The notes below the pieces were generated by a model that did no database searches, was not told the DNA's origin, and worked only from the letters and a program-made list of their open reading frames with translations. Made by a program: the position numbers and the translations under genes. Positions 1 through 13,639 of a stretch of DNA of 64,000 bases are shown in pieces (the first letter of the stretch is position 1; every line of letters begins with the position of its first letter). Origin of the DNA: Vicugna vicugna (taxonomy: Eukaryota); contig MU058423.1 in the NCBI GenBank assembly GCA_013265495.1, forward strand, positions 9,719,627-9,783,626, in the 5' to 3' direction.

Positions 1-400
1 GTCCGATGGTTCTCTGCCTAGACGTCTCCCTGACTACCTACAGCACTAACTCAGCTGCTGATGAACGCTCACTGTGGCCTGTCTGGGGATGGGGCGGCAC
101 CAGTGGAAGCCGACGTGTGGGCATCCTCGCTGAGCCCAAAGCCCAGGGTCGCCCTGAGCTCGCAGTCACACCCCCGGCGCCAAGGCGGCGTTACAGGCAT
201 AACCGCAAAACGGGCACTTCCCGGACATTAACCATCTAAATTAAGTCCTTCACTTTCTTGATGGTGTTCTTGGCTTGTCGCAATTTTGTGATTATTTTGG
301 CAACCCAGAAGTGTCAAGTGACACAGAGGAGAAAAACACCCAGCAAACACAAAACACCACGTTGTACTAATCGAGATCACCCGCTTCCGGGACCACATGC
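1..400. promoter_or_regulatory. CpG-rich promoter-like segment at window edge
   Basis: High GC and CpG density at 1-230. ETS-type CCGGAAG on the minus strand (cgcttccggg, ~382-391) and cacttcccgg (~215-224). Possible minus-strand donor ACA|GTGAGC at 73/72. Gene identity and direction not determinable. Confidence 0.55.
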
Positions 401-494
401 CCTTGGCCGTTTCCAATATCTTTGAAGTCTCCGTTTCAAGCATCTGAAGGCCAGTTCCCATCCACTTTTCAACTCACTTCTTTAGTGGCTAGTC

Positions 495-821
495 TGTCTT
501 AGTCAGCTTGGGCTTCTATCAAAACAGAACAAAACAACCACAGAATAGGGAGCATAAACAACAGACATTTGTTTCTCACTGTCTGGAAGCTGAAATTCCC
601 AGATCAGGGTACCAGCATGTCAGGTTGCAGTAAGGACACTCTTCTTGGCTGTATGCTCACATGGAAGAAAAAGAGAGCTAATCCTATCATGAAGGCACCA
701 CCCTCATGACCTCGCTGAAACCTAATTACCTCTCAAAGGCCCTCCCTCCGAATACCATCACACTGGTGGTTAGGATTTCAACCTATGAATCTGAGGAGAC
801 ACAAATACTCAGTCTATCACA
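495..821 (-). mobile_element. MaLR solo LTR (MLT1A/MST-like)
   Basis: TG...CA ends, MaLR motifs (tcttagtcagcttgggct; cctaattacctc; aataccatcaca; gatttcaacctatgaat) and a near-perfect 5-bp TSD TAGTC/TACTC. Confidence 0.85.
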
Positions 822-829
822 TACTCCAA

Positions 830-2025
830 CAGATCTTTGGCATCCTGGGGACTATCTGATCTACCAATGCTCACATTTTGCTGCCATTACCATGTCCTGC
901 CCTCACTTTCTACTACCAGACTGTGGTTCTAGATTCGGGCAGTATAATCTCTCATTTCCTGCTCTCTATTCACTACACTTACCTGGGAAAATCCCAGCCC
1001 CAGCTAAACCCAATTCCTTGACTTTGCCAGAATAACTGAGGTGGGTGGAGAGAAACAACCACATGCTCTTGTCTCACATTAGACTCATGACCACCAACTT
1101 CAAATGGCCCCTACTCCCTCACATCCTAGTATTTTCCAATAGTCTGTTCATGTTCTCACTCTCTGAGGATCAACTCATACCTTCTCCAGTTCTTCAAATC
1201 CTGGCATTTTCAGCTATTGTCTTCAACTTTTATTTCATTCAGAGAATGAGTAATCAGAAGAGGACTCTGCTGTCTTCCAAAGCTGACTACTTGCCTCCAA
1301 CCTCCACCGTCCACAGCTACCACTGTCTCCTTTCTGAACTGGCACAATGGCCTCCTAACTGTTCTTCTAGCTTCCACCCTTGCTACCCCTATAACCTATG
1401 AACCACTCCCTATACAAGAGCCAGAACGATCAAATGATCTTTTGAAGAGGAAATCCAATTGTGTCATTCTGCCCAAACACTCCAAGAGCTTTCCATCACA
1501 TTCAGGAGAAAATCCAGACTCCCCACCTCTCCCTCAAAGCCCTACCCAAGGACCCTGCCTGAGGATTCATGCACCTCATTCATGTTGCTTTGTGCCTTGT
1601 TAGTGTGGCAATCTCACTCTTGCTTGCTACTGCCTCAGGGACTTTGCACTTACTGTTCCTTTGTGTAGGGATGCTGTTCTGCCAGCATTGCTGAGATTAA
1701 CCTCTCACTCCATTCATACTTTTGTTCAAATTTAAACTCTTCAGGGAAGGTTTCTTTGACCACTCGCTCCATCTAAGTGGTCACTCCAGGCCTCCATTAC
1801 TCTTTATTCTTATGCATTATTTTCTTTTTCATCATAGAACTTATCACTGTCTGATAGTTTATCAAGTATTCATTGGCCAATTTTTTATTGCCTTCCTCTC
1901 CCACTAGAATGTAAATTCAATAAGGTCAAGATTTTCTTTATCGTTATGTGTCTGCCTAGTTATTGAGATTGTTTCTGGCAAATAATAGACATTCAGTAAA
2001 TATTTGTTAAGGAAATGAATGAATC
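830..2025 (+). mobile_element. L2 LINE, degraded 3' part
   Basis: L2 3' motifs (ctgcctcagggactttgcact; ccactagaatgtaa; agtaaatatttgtt...gaatgaat). Confidence 0.75.
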
Positions 2026-2829
2026 AATTATATTCGATGATGCATATGGAATCATGTAACAGAGTTTCTTCCACATACTAAACGTTCAGTAATGGTTAGT
2101 TGATTCCATTTATTATCATGCTATTAATCAATAACTCTACTCTTCACTACTACCAAAGTTACTTCGTGTCTGTGACTTTTCTTTTTTAAATTAGTGTCTC
2201 AACAGAATTTATAATTCTTGGTGAAGGTACAAAATAAGTTAAAACTTTTGAATTTATCATCCAGGAAACTCAGCATTTATATGTAAAGGGTAGGCAAAAG
2301 CTAAGGCTAAAACTATAGCTCCCTAATTTCAATAGCAAGGAGCTGAAAATATGTAATAAAATATTGGAGATTCACACTGGCCACACCACAATAATTCAAG
2401 AAATTATTGAAACATCAGAAAGATACTGTCCTTCCCTCTCCAGGTAGTGTGATCAGCTTGATCCCAATGCTTCAAAAGTCACATCCAGTTCCTACTACAA
2501 ATCTTTTATCCCTCCCTTGCCCACATTCTCTTTCTTTCTCTCCCTCTTCTTTTAAAACATTCTCTTTCCCATTTAAAATCATTTCACAAAATAATCAAGC
2601 TACTTTATGCAATCCCCGAAACACAAAGCATGGTCATAATGGCTTCCATTGGGGTAACAGTTTGATGTGTTTCACCTCCTTGAACTTTTGATGCTCAAAA
2701 CAATGCAATAAACAGGGCAAATTGTTTCTCTATTTTATATCTTGTAGAAGAAATCTTGTGGACAAGATTCAGAGATGGAAACAAACAAGCAAACAGAAGG
2801 TTGATCAAGAGGAGACTGAGATTTGAAGA

Positions 2830-2995
2830 CCAAGCTCAGGATTTGCTGTGTTGGAAATCTGCCCTTGAGCAAGTGACTTAATAGCCCTCAGGTTCAGTTT
2901 CCTAACATATAAAATGAGAAAAATATTGGTACCATCTGACAGCAACGTTCTGTAGCTCAAATGTGACAATATATATGAAAGCACTTGGTAAACTG
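2830..2995 (+). mobile_element. MIR SINE
   Basis: Core ttgagcaagtgacttaa...cagtttcctaacatataaaatgag. Confidence 0.75.
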
Positions 2996-3199
2996 CCAAC
3001 TGGTCCACCCATTCATAGGTTCCTCCATTCAGCCTACAAATATTGATTGATTCCCCCACTGCATGAGAGGCCCTTTTCTTTCTGGGTACCCACTGGAGAG
3101 AAGAGTAGATATGGTTCCTGTCCTCACAGAGCTCACAGTCTAAAGCACGTGGAGAGGGGAGAGACACAGACAATTAATACCTCAGTCAGAGCAACAGAG

Positions 3200-3460
3200 A
3201 ACACATACACAATGCTCACTGTGGACAAGGCTCTGTTAAAAGTGCTTCGCACGTGGTACATCATTTGATTCCCACAGCATCCTTAAGAATTAGGGACCAC
3301 TGTGTCACATTTTTTCAGTTAAGGAAACCGAGAGTCAGAGAGCTTAGTTACGGCATGCAAATGCAACAAGTGTAATTACTATAATTAGTGGAGCTGGGAT
3401 TTTGAACTTAGTGGGTTGCTGCAAGCTCTGTGATCCTAAGCGCTACAAACACATACTGCC
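3200..3460 (-). mobile_element. MIR SINE
   Basis: Reverse core catttgattcccacagc...aaggaaaccgagagtcagagag. Confidence 0.65.
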
Positions 3461-6400
3461 TCTCCGAACAAACATGTAATTACATCTTGTGAGATACACT
3501 ACTAAAGAAATCATTGGGATGCAGTTGTAGTTGCTATGAGAAGCGTGTTAAGTGTGGTGGCCAAGGGAGGCCTTGGGGGGAGTTGACATCCAAGCCACTT
3601 ATAGCACTGAGGCTACTCGGGGACATTCCTGAACTAAAAATTACTCCCCATGCCACCTTCACCAGGTAAATCCATATTTAGGCCGAGGACAGAGCTTGTG
3701 TGTTGACCGTTGCTTCAGGTGTGCCAGCTGCAGCTCCTCAGAGCAACAGTGCCACTAAAAGCAATCCAATATGCCTCACAGAACTTGAATGTTTTCCATG
3801 AAAATCCTGTTCCAGGGCATTCAAATGAGACACGGCACCCACTGAAAAAGCGGCCCTCTGACAGTGCACGAGGCAGAGTACCACACGGCACAAACAACCC
3901 GGGAAAGCACGCCTGAAAATGCGTTGACATCATCGAGAAACCTGTCAGACGCCTGCGATAAGAAGGAAGCAGGTTTCCTTTGTGTTGGTTTTGGTCCCAC
4001 AGTCGAAGACAAACTCTTTTTCAGTTTCCTGGCAACTATTCATCCTCAAGATATTTGTCTGACATTTATCTTTAAGGTCATAAAAAGGTGTATTTAACTT
4101 AGTCATGTGCTTCCCAGAAATCAATCCACTTCACAGCCTTTTGAGGGGACAATGTAAGATTTTACTTCATTTATCTAAGGGAGAGAGATGTGTAAAAGAA
4201 CTAAATCTGCAGATGTGTGAAGGAGGAAAGGTACCGAAATGAGGAACGTTCTGGAAGATGGTAAAGTGATGTTCTAGGCCTGACCTCACATTGACTGTGG
4301 CTATGGAGGGGAACATTTTACCTCAGGGACTCAGTTTCCTCATCTAGAAATGGGGTGAGAATGGTAAAGTGGACATCTGTTGTTTCTGTGTGTCCAGGAT
4401 CCATTGTTCCTTCCTGAGCTGGTTTCTCGAATTTTCCCGATGGACTGTCTCACTCCCCACAGTCAGAGCTGGAGTGAGGGGAATGGTGAGCCAAAGCAGA
4501 CAACTGGACTCCACTCCCAGGAACGGGAGTCCCAAGGGAGTAATACCGACAGAGAGCATCCTTGGTGGTAACTCATGGCGGAAGCGGAGAGAGCAGCGAT
4601 CCTGTTGGTCCTTCAGCTCTTAGAACTGCCCTTGCGCCCTTCTGCTTGGTTTGTTGGTTGGCACATCCTGTATCCTTCCAAATGATAAGTTCTTCTCCCT
4701 CTTTTTCTCTCCTCTTCTCTCATTCTTTCATTAATTTAGCCAAAGTCCACTTCTGTGACCCAAAATTCCTACCTAATACAAAGGGATCACAAGACACTCA
4801 TTTGCTAAAGGATTAACTTAAGACCTTAAAAAAACGAAACAAAACAAAACAAAAAAACCTAACACCAAACAGTATTCTCTGGCAGAAGATACAGGAGATA
4901 TTTGAGATACTTTTTACTCAAATTTTATATTTTCCTACAGTCAGTAACTTTTGCCCACCATCGTCCTGTGTAATCCCCTGCCAGGGCATGGTAGAAGCTG
5001 ATCTGCACAATTCTAGTGAATGCCATTCCACAGAATATGTCTTTGCTTGGGCAGTGGTGACTATCTCAAGACGTCTCATAGCAGAGACACAGGGAACAAA
5101 GCGAAAAATTGCATTACAGAGCTTTGCTGTGGGTGGGCCTTTGTGCATTGGCATATTAATGAGTCGGAAATGGATTACAACTGTCCGACGAAATATTTAT
5201 CTCTTCAGGGACCCGGTGTGGTCTGTGCAAGAACTTCAGTGCAGGTTGCCTCTGGTTGCGAGCATCCAGGTTGCTGTGGAGCATCCTCTGACAGCATGGC
5301 CAGAGGGCTGCAGGTGAGAAAATGAGGAGAGTAGCATCAGAACTTGCTCCTCCACCCCAGGGTCCTGAACAGAGGCAAGAAGGAGCCCCGCCACCCGGAC
5401 ACCCGCTGAGCAGAACATGAAACCCACTGGACAAACCCCTGGACAGTCAGCTGCAGAGCGTGTCACTGGCACCGCCCCAGGTGTGGCATACTGGGGGTGA
5501 TGAGAGCATGGCGAGAACCAGCGGTCTCCTCATGGGCACAGATAAAGTTGGTGGCTAGAACTCCTGTCCATGGGCTGCTAATGTGTCTTTTAGGGGTGCC
5601 TCAGGCAGCCACATGGCAACTTTCCTCAAATACATGCCCATTCTGCAAATAAGAGCATCATTTTCAGGTTGACACGTTTGATGTAAAAATTCCTAATTGG
5701 ATTTCAAAACATCCAAGCTATCACAAAAAAATTTAAAGGTTACTTTTGTCAATGAAAACAGAGCTGTTGGGTTTTTTTCCCATGTAATTTCAAAGGTTGC
5801 TATTTTTCCAATGAGTGTGAAGCAAGGATTTTAGATTTTTCTTAGCTACCATGCAGACAGTTTCTCTTCAATGATGACTATCAAGAAGTTAAAGAGATCA
5901 AAATTTTTAATTTCGATCAGAAAATGTATGTAGCCCTTCCTTGTACAAAATCATATTCATGGAAAGTAAGCTCAAGTGTCTCATTAAAATATTAGATAGA
6001 TTTTATTTGGAAGTTTTATATTTGAAATATTTCCTTAAACCTTCGTGTTTATATGCTATAAAAATGGACTTCATTTTTCCCACTAAGTTTTATATAGTTT
6101 ACTTACCTCAATGTCCTTTCAGTTTAACCCTCTGTATTAGTGCACAATTTCACGTGTGAAAAGGTTGAGAAATACATGAACGTGAACTGTTTGTTCCCTT
6201 TCTTTTGGTGTCACATGGAGCAAATGGTTCTCCACTGTCTTACTGGTAAGAAACTGAAGCAACTAATTCAAGTGTAAGACAGAGCCAACTGTTGAGTCTA
6301 AAAATCTTACCATCTTGGATTTATTCATACCTCTTAGCCTGATAGTCTACAAGTCCTTTCAAACTTTCAGTGAAATTTTGCTCCTTCTTATTAGCCTCTT

Positions 6401-7204
6401 CCCTGTTTCCACCGGCATCAGTTAAGATCTGGTTTCCTGCAAAAGTATTTTGTACATATCAAAAGTTCAGTGAATATTATTGAATGAGTAAATTCTATAA
6501 TTTCTACTCCCCTCTCCAGTGGCTAACACAGTATCAGAGCAACGTAGATATTCTGAGTACCTCCTGATTAATTTAGGGTTCTGTGTAGGAATAAACAGTC
6601 TCCCCCACTCCCTTGCCTTCCTTCTCTCTCTCAACCCTTTGAGAGCACTGACAACTTTCCCAAGACGTGTGAAAAGAGTCTGACACGTACAAATGAGAAC
6701 TTACTGTAATCAGTCCAGAGTGACTCCTGTTCTCTCAACCCTTTCAAAATTATTCATTGATTGCCAGAGTTTGTGTAATAATTAGTCCAACAAGAGGATG
6801 CTGAGTGTCTGTCTGGAGCTGCTGAGAAGTGGGCTCCAGCCAAGCAGGCCTTCACCCCCCTCCCACCTCTTCCCAGCGTCTAGCCAACCACGCTCGCTCT
6901 GCAACACTGCAGCTCAAATTCTCGTAAGTGGTACTGAAGACTCACTTCTCTTATGAAGTCTCCTAGGCTTGTCTTCAGATTCTAACAGCACTAGAGGTCT
7001 TCCATAATCCATGTGCTAGCTGTCCTCTTCTTCCTCTGAGCCCCTGAGCACTTCCGCGGTCCTTGTATACATCCTCTCGACTGTCCTGGTCTCCTTAGCT
7101 GTGCAGCTCCTCTGCGGGCTGGGGCTTCTGTTTTATGTGTCGTACTAAACTGGCTTCTCTATGTGCTCTCTGAATTTGACCAATATGATGATGACCATCG
7201 TATT

Positions 7205-7452
7205 TTCTTTCTATTGAGGTCTAATTAACATATAACATTATATTGGTATCAGGTGTACAAAATAAATGATTCAATATTTGTATATGTTGTGAAAAGATCA
7301 CCTCAATAAGTGTAGTTAATGTCTGCCTCCATACATAGTTACAAATTTTTTTCTCACGATGAGAGCTTTTATGATCTACTCTCTTCGCAACTTTCAAAGA
7401 TACAGTATTTCAAACACTCAGTACAGTATTATTAACTGTAATCACCATGCTT
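7205..7452 (-). mobile_element. L1 3' fragment (L1MA9-like)
   Basis: attgaggtctaattaacatataac...gatctactctcttcgcaactttcaa...attaactgtaatcaccatgct matches the reverse of an L1MA 3' UTR. Confidence 0.75.
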
Positions 7453-8269
7453 ATGTTTTATAACCAATTATAAGAAAAATTAGGGCAAGAGTCCAAAGGG
7501 TTTTAGAAGGAATTATTGAAAAGAAGCACCTTCCCAGACATGGAAAGCAGCATAAAATGATGTAAAGAAGTGGTTCTTAACCTTTGCCTTCACTCACACT
7601 GCTTTTGTTCTTCCACTATGTTCTAGAAGCACTTATGAAAAGAGCTAAAGCATGATAGTTCTTAAAATTAAGGTACCTTATAGCTTTAAAATAAAACAGA
7701 TAGAATTACTGTTTAATTTCCTGGTAATAGATAAACTACACAAAAATTACACATTTAAAACAAATTTTTACTCCTATAGCTATACCTTTGATAAACATTT
7801 GTTCATTGATATTTGAAAAATAGCCATACTCATACTAGACTTTATTCTGATGTACAAAATTAATGCAAATTTGATTTCACACAGGTGTGGAGTCACAAAT
7901 GGCAGAGGATATCTCTCTGTCTTTGCAAATGTGGAGGAGATGCCCATTTCAACTCTTGAATTCTCAGTCACTGACTCACTTTATACATGGAATTATATGT
8001 TGTTGATTTGTAATCTTGTGAAATATTATCTCATCAATTTTTTTATCTTTTATGGATTCCAGGCAAAACATGTGCTGCTTTGGTTTAAGCCCACTCCTTT
8101 TTCCAAGATAAGACATCTTGTCCAAATACAAAGCAATACGTGGTTCCAAGGCAGGTGGGCATTTAGTGTCACCGAATTTACCATATTGGTCATGGAGCAA
8201 ACACAACAACTTAAGTGAGGCCTGTCATAGATGGTACCCTTTCCCATGGCCATGAGATTTGTCCAGAGA

Positions 8270-8670
8270 TGGTCATAAAACCAGCAGGAGCTTATCAGAG
8301 TACCCTCCCTGCAGTTTTCTAACTAGAATTAGGAAGGAAGAGAACCCTTCTCTTTTTGGTGGCAAGATTGAACACGTGTGAAGTCCCAAGCTACTCGTGA
8401 TCATGTTTCCTCTACCAAATGAGGCAAGGCTTACAGTAGTAGAAGAGAATAGAGCTGAATTAAGAGAAAAGAAGAGATAAAAGATATAGAGAGATTCTTG
8501 AGAATTTTGTTTTGAGTCTTTGAATTCCATTAACCACAAGACCAGCTGCAAAACAATCTTCTGAGAGATTCAGCTACAGGGTCAGTGATACCTCCTTCCC
8601 CAACCACTTTTGCCTGAGTATTTTTTTTTTTTTGACCTCTTATCACCTATGACCAAAAATCTGTGTGTAA
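8270..8670 (+). mobile_element. Old MaLR LTR remnant (MLT1J/K-like)
   Basis: Degenerate MLT1-type motifs (gagtctttgaattcc; ccacttttgcctgag...tcacctatgaccaaa). Confidence 0.4.
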
Positions 8671-9915
8671 TACACAATCTTTAAGAACGATCCTAATGAT
8701 GTTGTAAGAGTTTTCCTCTGGGAACAAAGTATGAGGTGTTAACAGTCAGCATCAAACTGATTTCAAGCTACAATCCTACTGTGCCATCATCCTGAAACAT
8801 ATCATGACAGATAAAGAAAGACTCAACACAAGTTGTAACTCACGACTACAAAATCGGCTTCCGCCCACAACTTGCAGGAAGGGGTGATAAGGATGTCCAT
8901 AAACCACTCTTCTGTAGGGATTCTGGGCTTCTCTACTTGTGGGCACCCATCCTGAAGCTGGCAAATTTTGATTGGTGAATTGTGCAAGTTGTGTGATGGG
9001 CCAGCACTTGTGAGGTGATGTCAGAATAAAGATGAGTGGAGTACTGGCAATTTAAAAGAATTAAAATGTGCTGTGTTCTTTTAATTTGCATTTTGGGTAA
9101 TTTAGCTTTTCTTCTATTTAGAAAACCTAGTCCTTCCAGAAAGAGCTTCTTGCATCCCAAGAAAATGAGCTCACACCTGAAGAAGAGCTTCTTTTAAACA
9201 GGGATAAATTTTCTTTTTATGACGACAATCTGCAAGTTCATTCTACAGGCAAAGAAAGAAATCACCTTGGAGCAGATCTTTGCTTTGCAAAGGGTTGACA
9301 TAGGCAAATGTACATTGAATAGGACCCAACATCCTTAAAGAAGGACATCACACAGTTTTTGTGGCCAGAAAAGCTGCTTTTCTGTTTTCTTTAGTGTGTT
9401 GAGACATGAACCAGTTCTATAAAAAGCGAGGATCTTTATAGAAGAGAGAGACCCAGACTCTGACCCTTATTTTATTGGATAAAAGTTAAGGGGGACAATC
9501 CAGGTGACCTAGGGTAACCGTAAACAAGAGGTCTCCTGGCAGGAGGAGACATAAAGACTCACAGGAGGAATACACTGGAAGGAAAGAGTTTCTGATTTGA
9601 CGACCCAAGTCCAAAATAATGGAGTCCAAGAGTTGTCAAGGTTAGGGCTAGTTCTGGAGGGATATGTGACTAACATGGTTAGCCCTCTGGACTTGACCCT
9701 GACATAGCCTGGTGCTTTGAGGAACAATGGATGAGCATGAGATTGCAAAATAAGAGAGCCCTAACCTGGTAGTCCCAAAGTGGGGCGCTTCTGCAGCTTG
9801 TGTGGGGTTGCAAATCGTTGAATCGCAGCAGCCTTAGGCTAGCCTGCACTGGGCCGTGAGTGGCCAGGGCGTGGCAGCAAATGGGGCCAAAATGCCACTG
9901 GAAAAGTAAGGCTCT

Positions 9916-10093
9916 TTCTTTTTTCAATTGAAGTATAGTCGATTTACAATGTTGTGTTGTCTCTGGTGTACAGCACAGAGATTTAGTTACACACACAAAT
10001 ATACGTATGTGTATTCTTCTTCATGTTCTTTTCCTTTATAAGTTACTACAAGATACTGAATATAGTTCCCTGTGCTAAACGGAATAATTAAGC
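9916..10093 (-). mobile_element. Short lineage-specific L1 3'-end insertion
   Basis: T-rich tail then ttgaagtatagtcgatttacaatg...caagatactgaatatagttccctgtgct. Candidate TSD agtaaggctct (9905-9915) / agcaaggcttt (10094-10104). Confidence 0.85.
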
Positions 10094-10209
10094 AGCAAGG
10101 CTTTTGATTCTCTCTCGTCTGGCACTGGAAGCAGGCTGAGCAACAAATCAGCCCCTGGAGTCCTTGGTCTCAGGACAAAATCCACATCCAGCCCCCTTCT
10201 CTAGTGTCA

Positions 10210-10361
10210 CTGAGTCACAACCACACCCCTTCCTTTCTGTGTTGTCTGGGGCTGCTCTGACACTATGAGGCAGAGTCGAATAGTGGGGACATGATTATAT
10301 TGCTCATAAAACCCAAGATGTTTACTCTTAGGTCCTTTACAGAAAATGCTGGTGACCCCTG
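10210..10361. mobile_element. MER58-like hAT-Charlie DNA transposon fragment
   Basis: Ends in tttactcttaggtcctttacagaaaatgctggtgacccctg, resembling the MER58A terminus. Confidence 0.6.
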
Positions 10362-11214
10362 ATATTCAATAGCTGTTACAATATCCCTTCCCTCCATCTA
10401 GTCTCATTCTCATTAACTCCCAATTCTAGTCTCTGAGTGTACTCTGAACCCACGGGGCTGCTCTCTCTGTCTCCAGAATGGACCATGACTTCATATACCA
10501 TTTCTCATCCATCTCTCTCAGAGCTGAGTTCTTAAACAACATTCAACCCCACTGCAATATCTAGTGCCTCAACGTCACATTCTAAGGATGTGAATTCACT
10601 GAGCACAGCGAATTTCTAACGTGACTTTAGACACACAGAAATAATAGGAACACAAAATAGAATCTAAAGTATATCTTTAAGGATTTGACAGAAATTTAAA
10701 ATATTTCCTAATATGCCACAAAATACAGTAGAGTAATAGCTTTAATATTGCTTTTAAATTTCAGACATCCATTTGCCTTTGCAAATATTATTCAGAGAAA
10801 ATTTGAAGCCCTAAAGGATCGTAAAATGGCAAAGGCCATGTTAAAGGAATATCTTTAATTTGTTCAGTGTGTGCTGAGTTCTTTCAGTTATTTAAAATAG
10901 CATGCAAATTAGAGTAAATGAACCAATTTTTCAGGAAAAGCAGATGGAATCTTGGTCTTAATGTCATTGGAACACTGAAAGCAGCAGTTGTATTGATTAG
11001 AAAAGAACATGACTAGATTCAGGGAAAAAGTGTTACATTCCACTGACCAGTGACTCATTCCCATCTTACACAATTCAATTTTCTAAAGTATATATATTGG
11101 ATATATACCTAGTAAATATATATGTATGAGGAACGAAGCTACATTCTGGCATATATTTGCCTCTGGCATACATTTGGCATATATTTGCATATATTCACAT
11201 AACTAATAAAATAA

Positions 11215-11360
11215 ACATTTAATAATTCAACAGATACTCATTGCAGGACTGCTCTGTTCAAGGTACTGCACCAAGTACTAAATGTACGGAGATGAATAAG
11301 CACATTTCCATTCTGAGCGAGTTCACTCTAGGCTAAGGGAAATTATGCAAAAACAAATGC
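11215..11360 (-). mobile_element. L2 3' fragment
   Basis: attcaacagatactcattg...tcaaggtactgcaccaagtact...gagatgaataag. Confidence 0.55.
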
Positions 11361-11639
11361 TTAGAAAACAGATACCAAGTCCTCAAATTTTTTTCTCATC
11401 TACTCCTTTAAATAATACGAAAAAGTCTTTTTCTTGCCCACTTTATGTTAGTATCTTAAATTTCAACATATTTTTAAATTATTGTAAATGATGTAATTTT
11501 GGCATGTGGTAAACATTGACAATATTAGATAAACCTGTTAGCTCACTTTAGAACATGCATCCAATGGAATCTAAATACTATTATGATCTGATACTTACCT
11601 TCATTCAGTAACAATGTAAATGAAAGAGAACTGCTTCCA

Positions 11640-13115
11640 GTAAAGGTGATTTAGGTGATGTATACTAACACTCTTGCTAAACAGAGATAAAGTCAGACAT
11701 AATACAGAAAATATCCTCTCAACAGCATCAAACACACAGTAAGTCAGCGAGGAATAACCAGTTCTAGACGAGTGAGAGTTAGCGCCACAAGGAGGTGGAC
11801 TGGAGTTGCTGACCTCAGGGGCATTTGTCCATGGAGAGAAGGCAACTCATGCTTAAGTAAGGGGACCAGGGAAACTGAGAGGGAAATCCCAGCAAACAGC
11901 TCTGGGGCTGACTCTCCGAGATGCGGGCAAGTGGCCCTGAGCTCTGTAACTGCCAAAGGCAGAAACCTAGCATAGCTCAGCCCTGCGATGGGCAAACACC
12001 GCAGAGAAGCAACACAGGTCACTGAGAGAACCCTCAAAGCTTGATCCTGTCCTGCAAGTGTCCGCAGGTGACTGGGAGCAGGAAATAAAATCTTTTCCTG
12101 AAGAAGGTAATAGTGCACTGAGTGACAAACTTCATCTGAAGATTTTTTTTTCAAATAAAATTGGCCAGCAAATAATATAAAATTACAAGGAATATAATAA
12201 GATAAATTTATGAGTCAGAATCAGCAGAAGCAATAGAAAGAAAGAGACCCAAATGAACTTCAGACATTGGATTTGTCAGACATATGTGAGGCTAAACAAA
12301 CACTTTTGCTTCTCATGGAGATAAAAGTCAAACTTAAAATTGTCAAGGAACTTAGTTTTGCAGATTGGAAAGGAATTATCTAAAAATCATATAATTGGAA
12401 AATTATGTAGATAGGTTTAGCAGCAGATTAGAGTCATGTAAGTATAAGGATGGAAAAATAAACATGATGAATATAGCATGTAAGTCAAGAAAGGGTCAAA
12501 TCTACAGTATTCTAACGTTCTTCATTGCATTAAAGGAGCAAAAAAGAAGGAAAGAAATATTAGCTGAAGAAAAAATTTTCAGATGGAACAAAAATGCACA
12601 TAGGAAAATGGAAGACATAAGCGTGCAATTCATATTGCATAATGTATATAATCCACAATTATAAAAATAATTGCATGACCTAAAATTGACTAAGTTATTT
12701 AGTTAAAATATGAGAACTAGCGTATCAGGTTTGAAAATTAATTATACCCTATTTCCAGAAGACTTTGAAAATTTGAAAGTGCAGAGAAAGGAAATACACC
12801 AAATGAAAACTTAGCCAGAAGAAACTGATGTAGCTGTATTAATTTATAATGGAATAAAAAGCTATCAAGTTCCTACAGGAACTAATCAAAGACTTTTCAA
12901 GTCTTCTACAGTGAAAGCTAAAAAAAAAAATTAATGGTAGAAATTAAAGGCCTAAATAAATGGCAAGTTATACTCTGTTTAAGAGTGTGACACTTAATAA
13001 TACAAAATTGTCAATTCTCTCTATAGCCACCTATAAATTCAAGGCAGTCCCAAAGAAAATTCTAAAATATTCCTTAGAGGAACTTGACAATCTGATTAGA
13101 AAATTTATGTGAAAG
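11640..13115 (+). mobile_element. Ancient L1/HAL1-type fragments
   Basis: A-rich strand bias. ORF2-like remnant at ~12940-13115 (ctaaataaatgg...ctataaattcaaggcagtccc...gaacttgacaatctgatt). Confidence 0.5.
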
Positions 13116-13639
13116 AATTTTGCCTGCCTTGAAAAATGATTTGTTAATTAGACATTATTGTCATATGTTTTCTCAATTTTTTAGAAGTGTATCAAACTAT
13201 ATTACCAAGACATAGCAAATGACTCTACACCATAACTTCTTTATTGATTTAGAAGCACTCTGTTTATCAAGTGAAATTTATTTAAGAGTAAAAAAAAAAC
13301 CTATAAAATTAGAAGTTGTTTATTTTTGGAGTTTGTACATTAACTTCAAGTAAAAACTTACATGTTTGTGCTAAATCTATTTCAAATGCCACTCACACTA
13401 CTTAATATATGAAACAAACAGAGAAATAAACACAAGAATTATTATGCATAACTTGATCAATCTTTTTGTGGTTAATAGTTATTACATTTACAATTAAGAA
13501 TTTGACCAGCATATCTCCAACTGAGGAAGATAAACAATCATAATTAATTGAATTCAGTTGCCAAAATTCAGCATATTAAATCCTAGATTGCATTTTTAGG
13601 ACCTGGTACAGTACAACAAGAGTCAAGGTGGGTGAGAAT

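Noticed and set aside
58..100. SECIS-like ATGA...GA
   Set aside because: No apical AA at the required spacing and no upstream selenoprotein ORF.
3666..3971. Possible + strand exon 3719-3971 with upstream donor at 3666
   Set aside because: The implied intron is only 53 nt, all three frames contain stops, and the downstream donor (GTTTCC) is weak.
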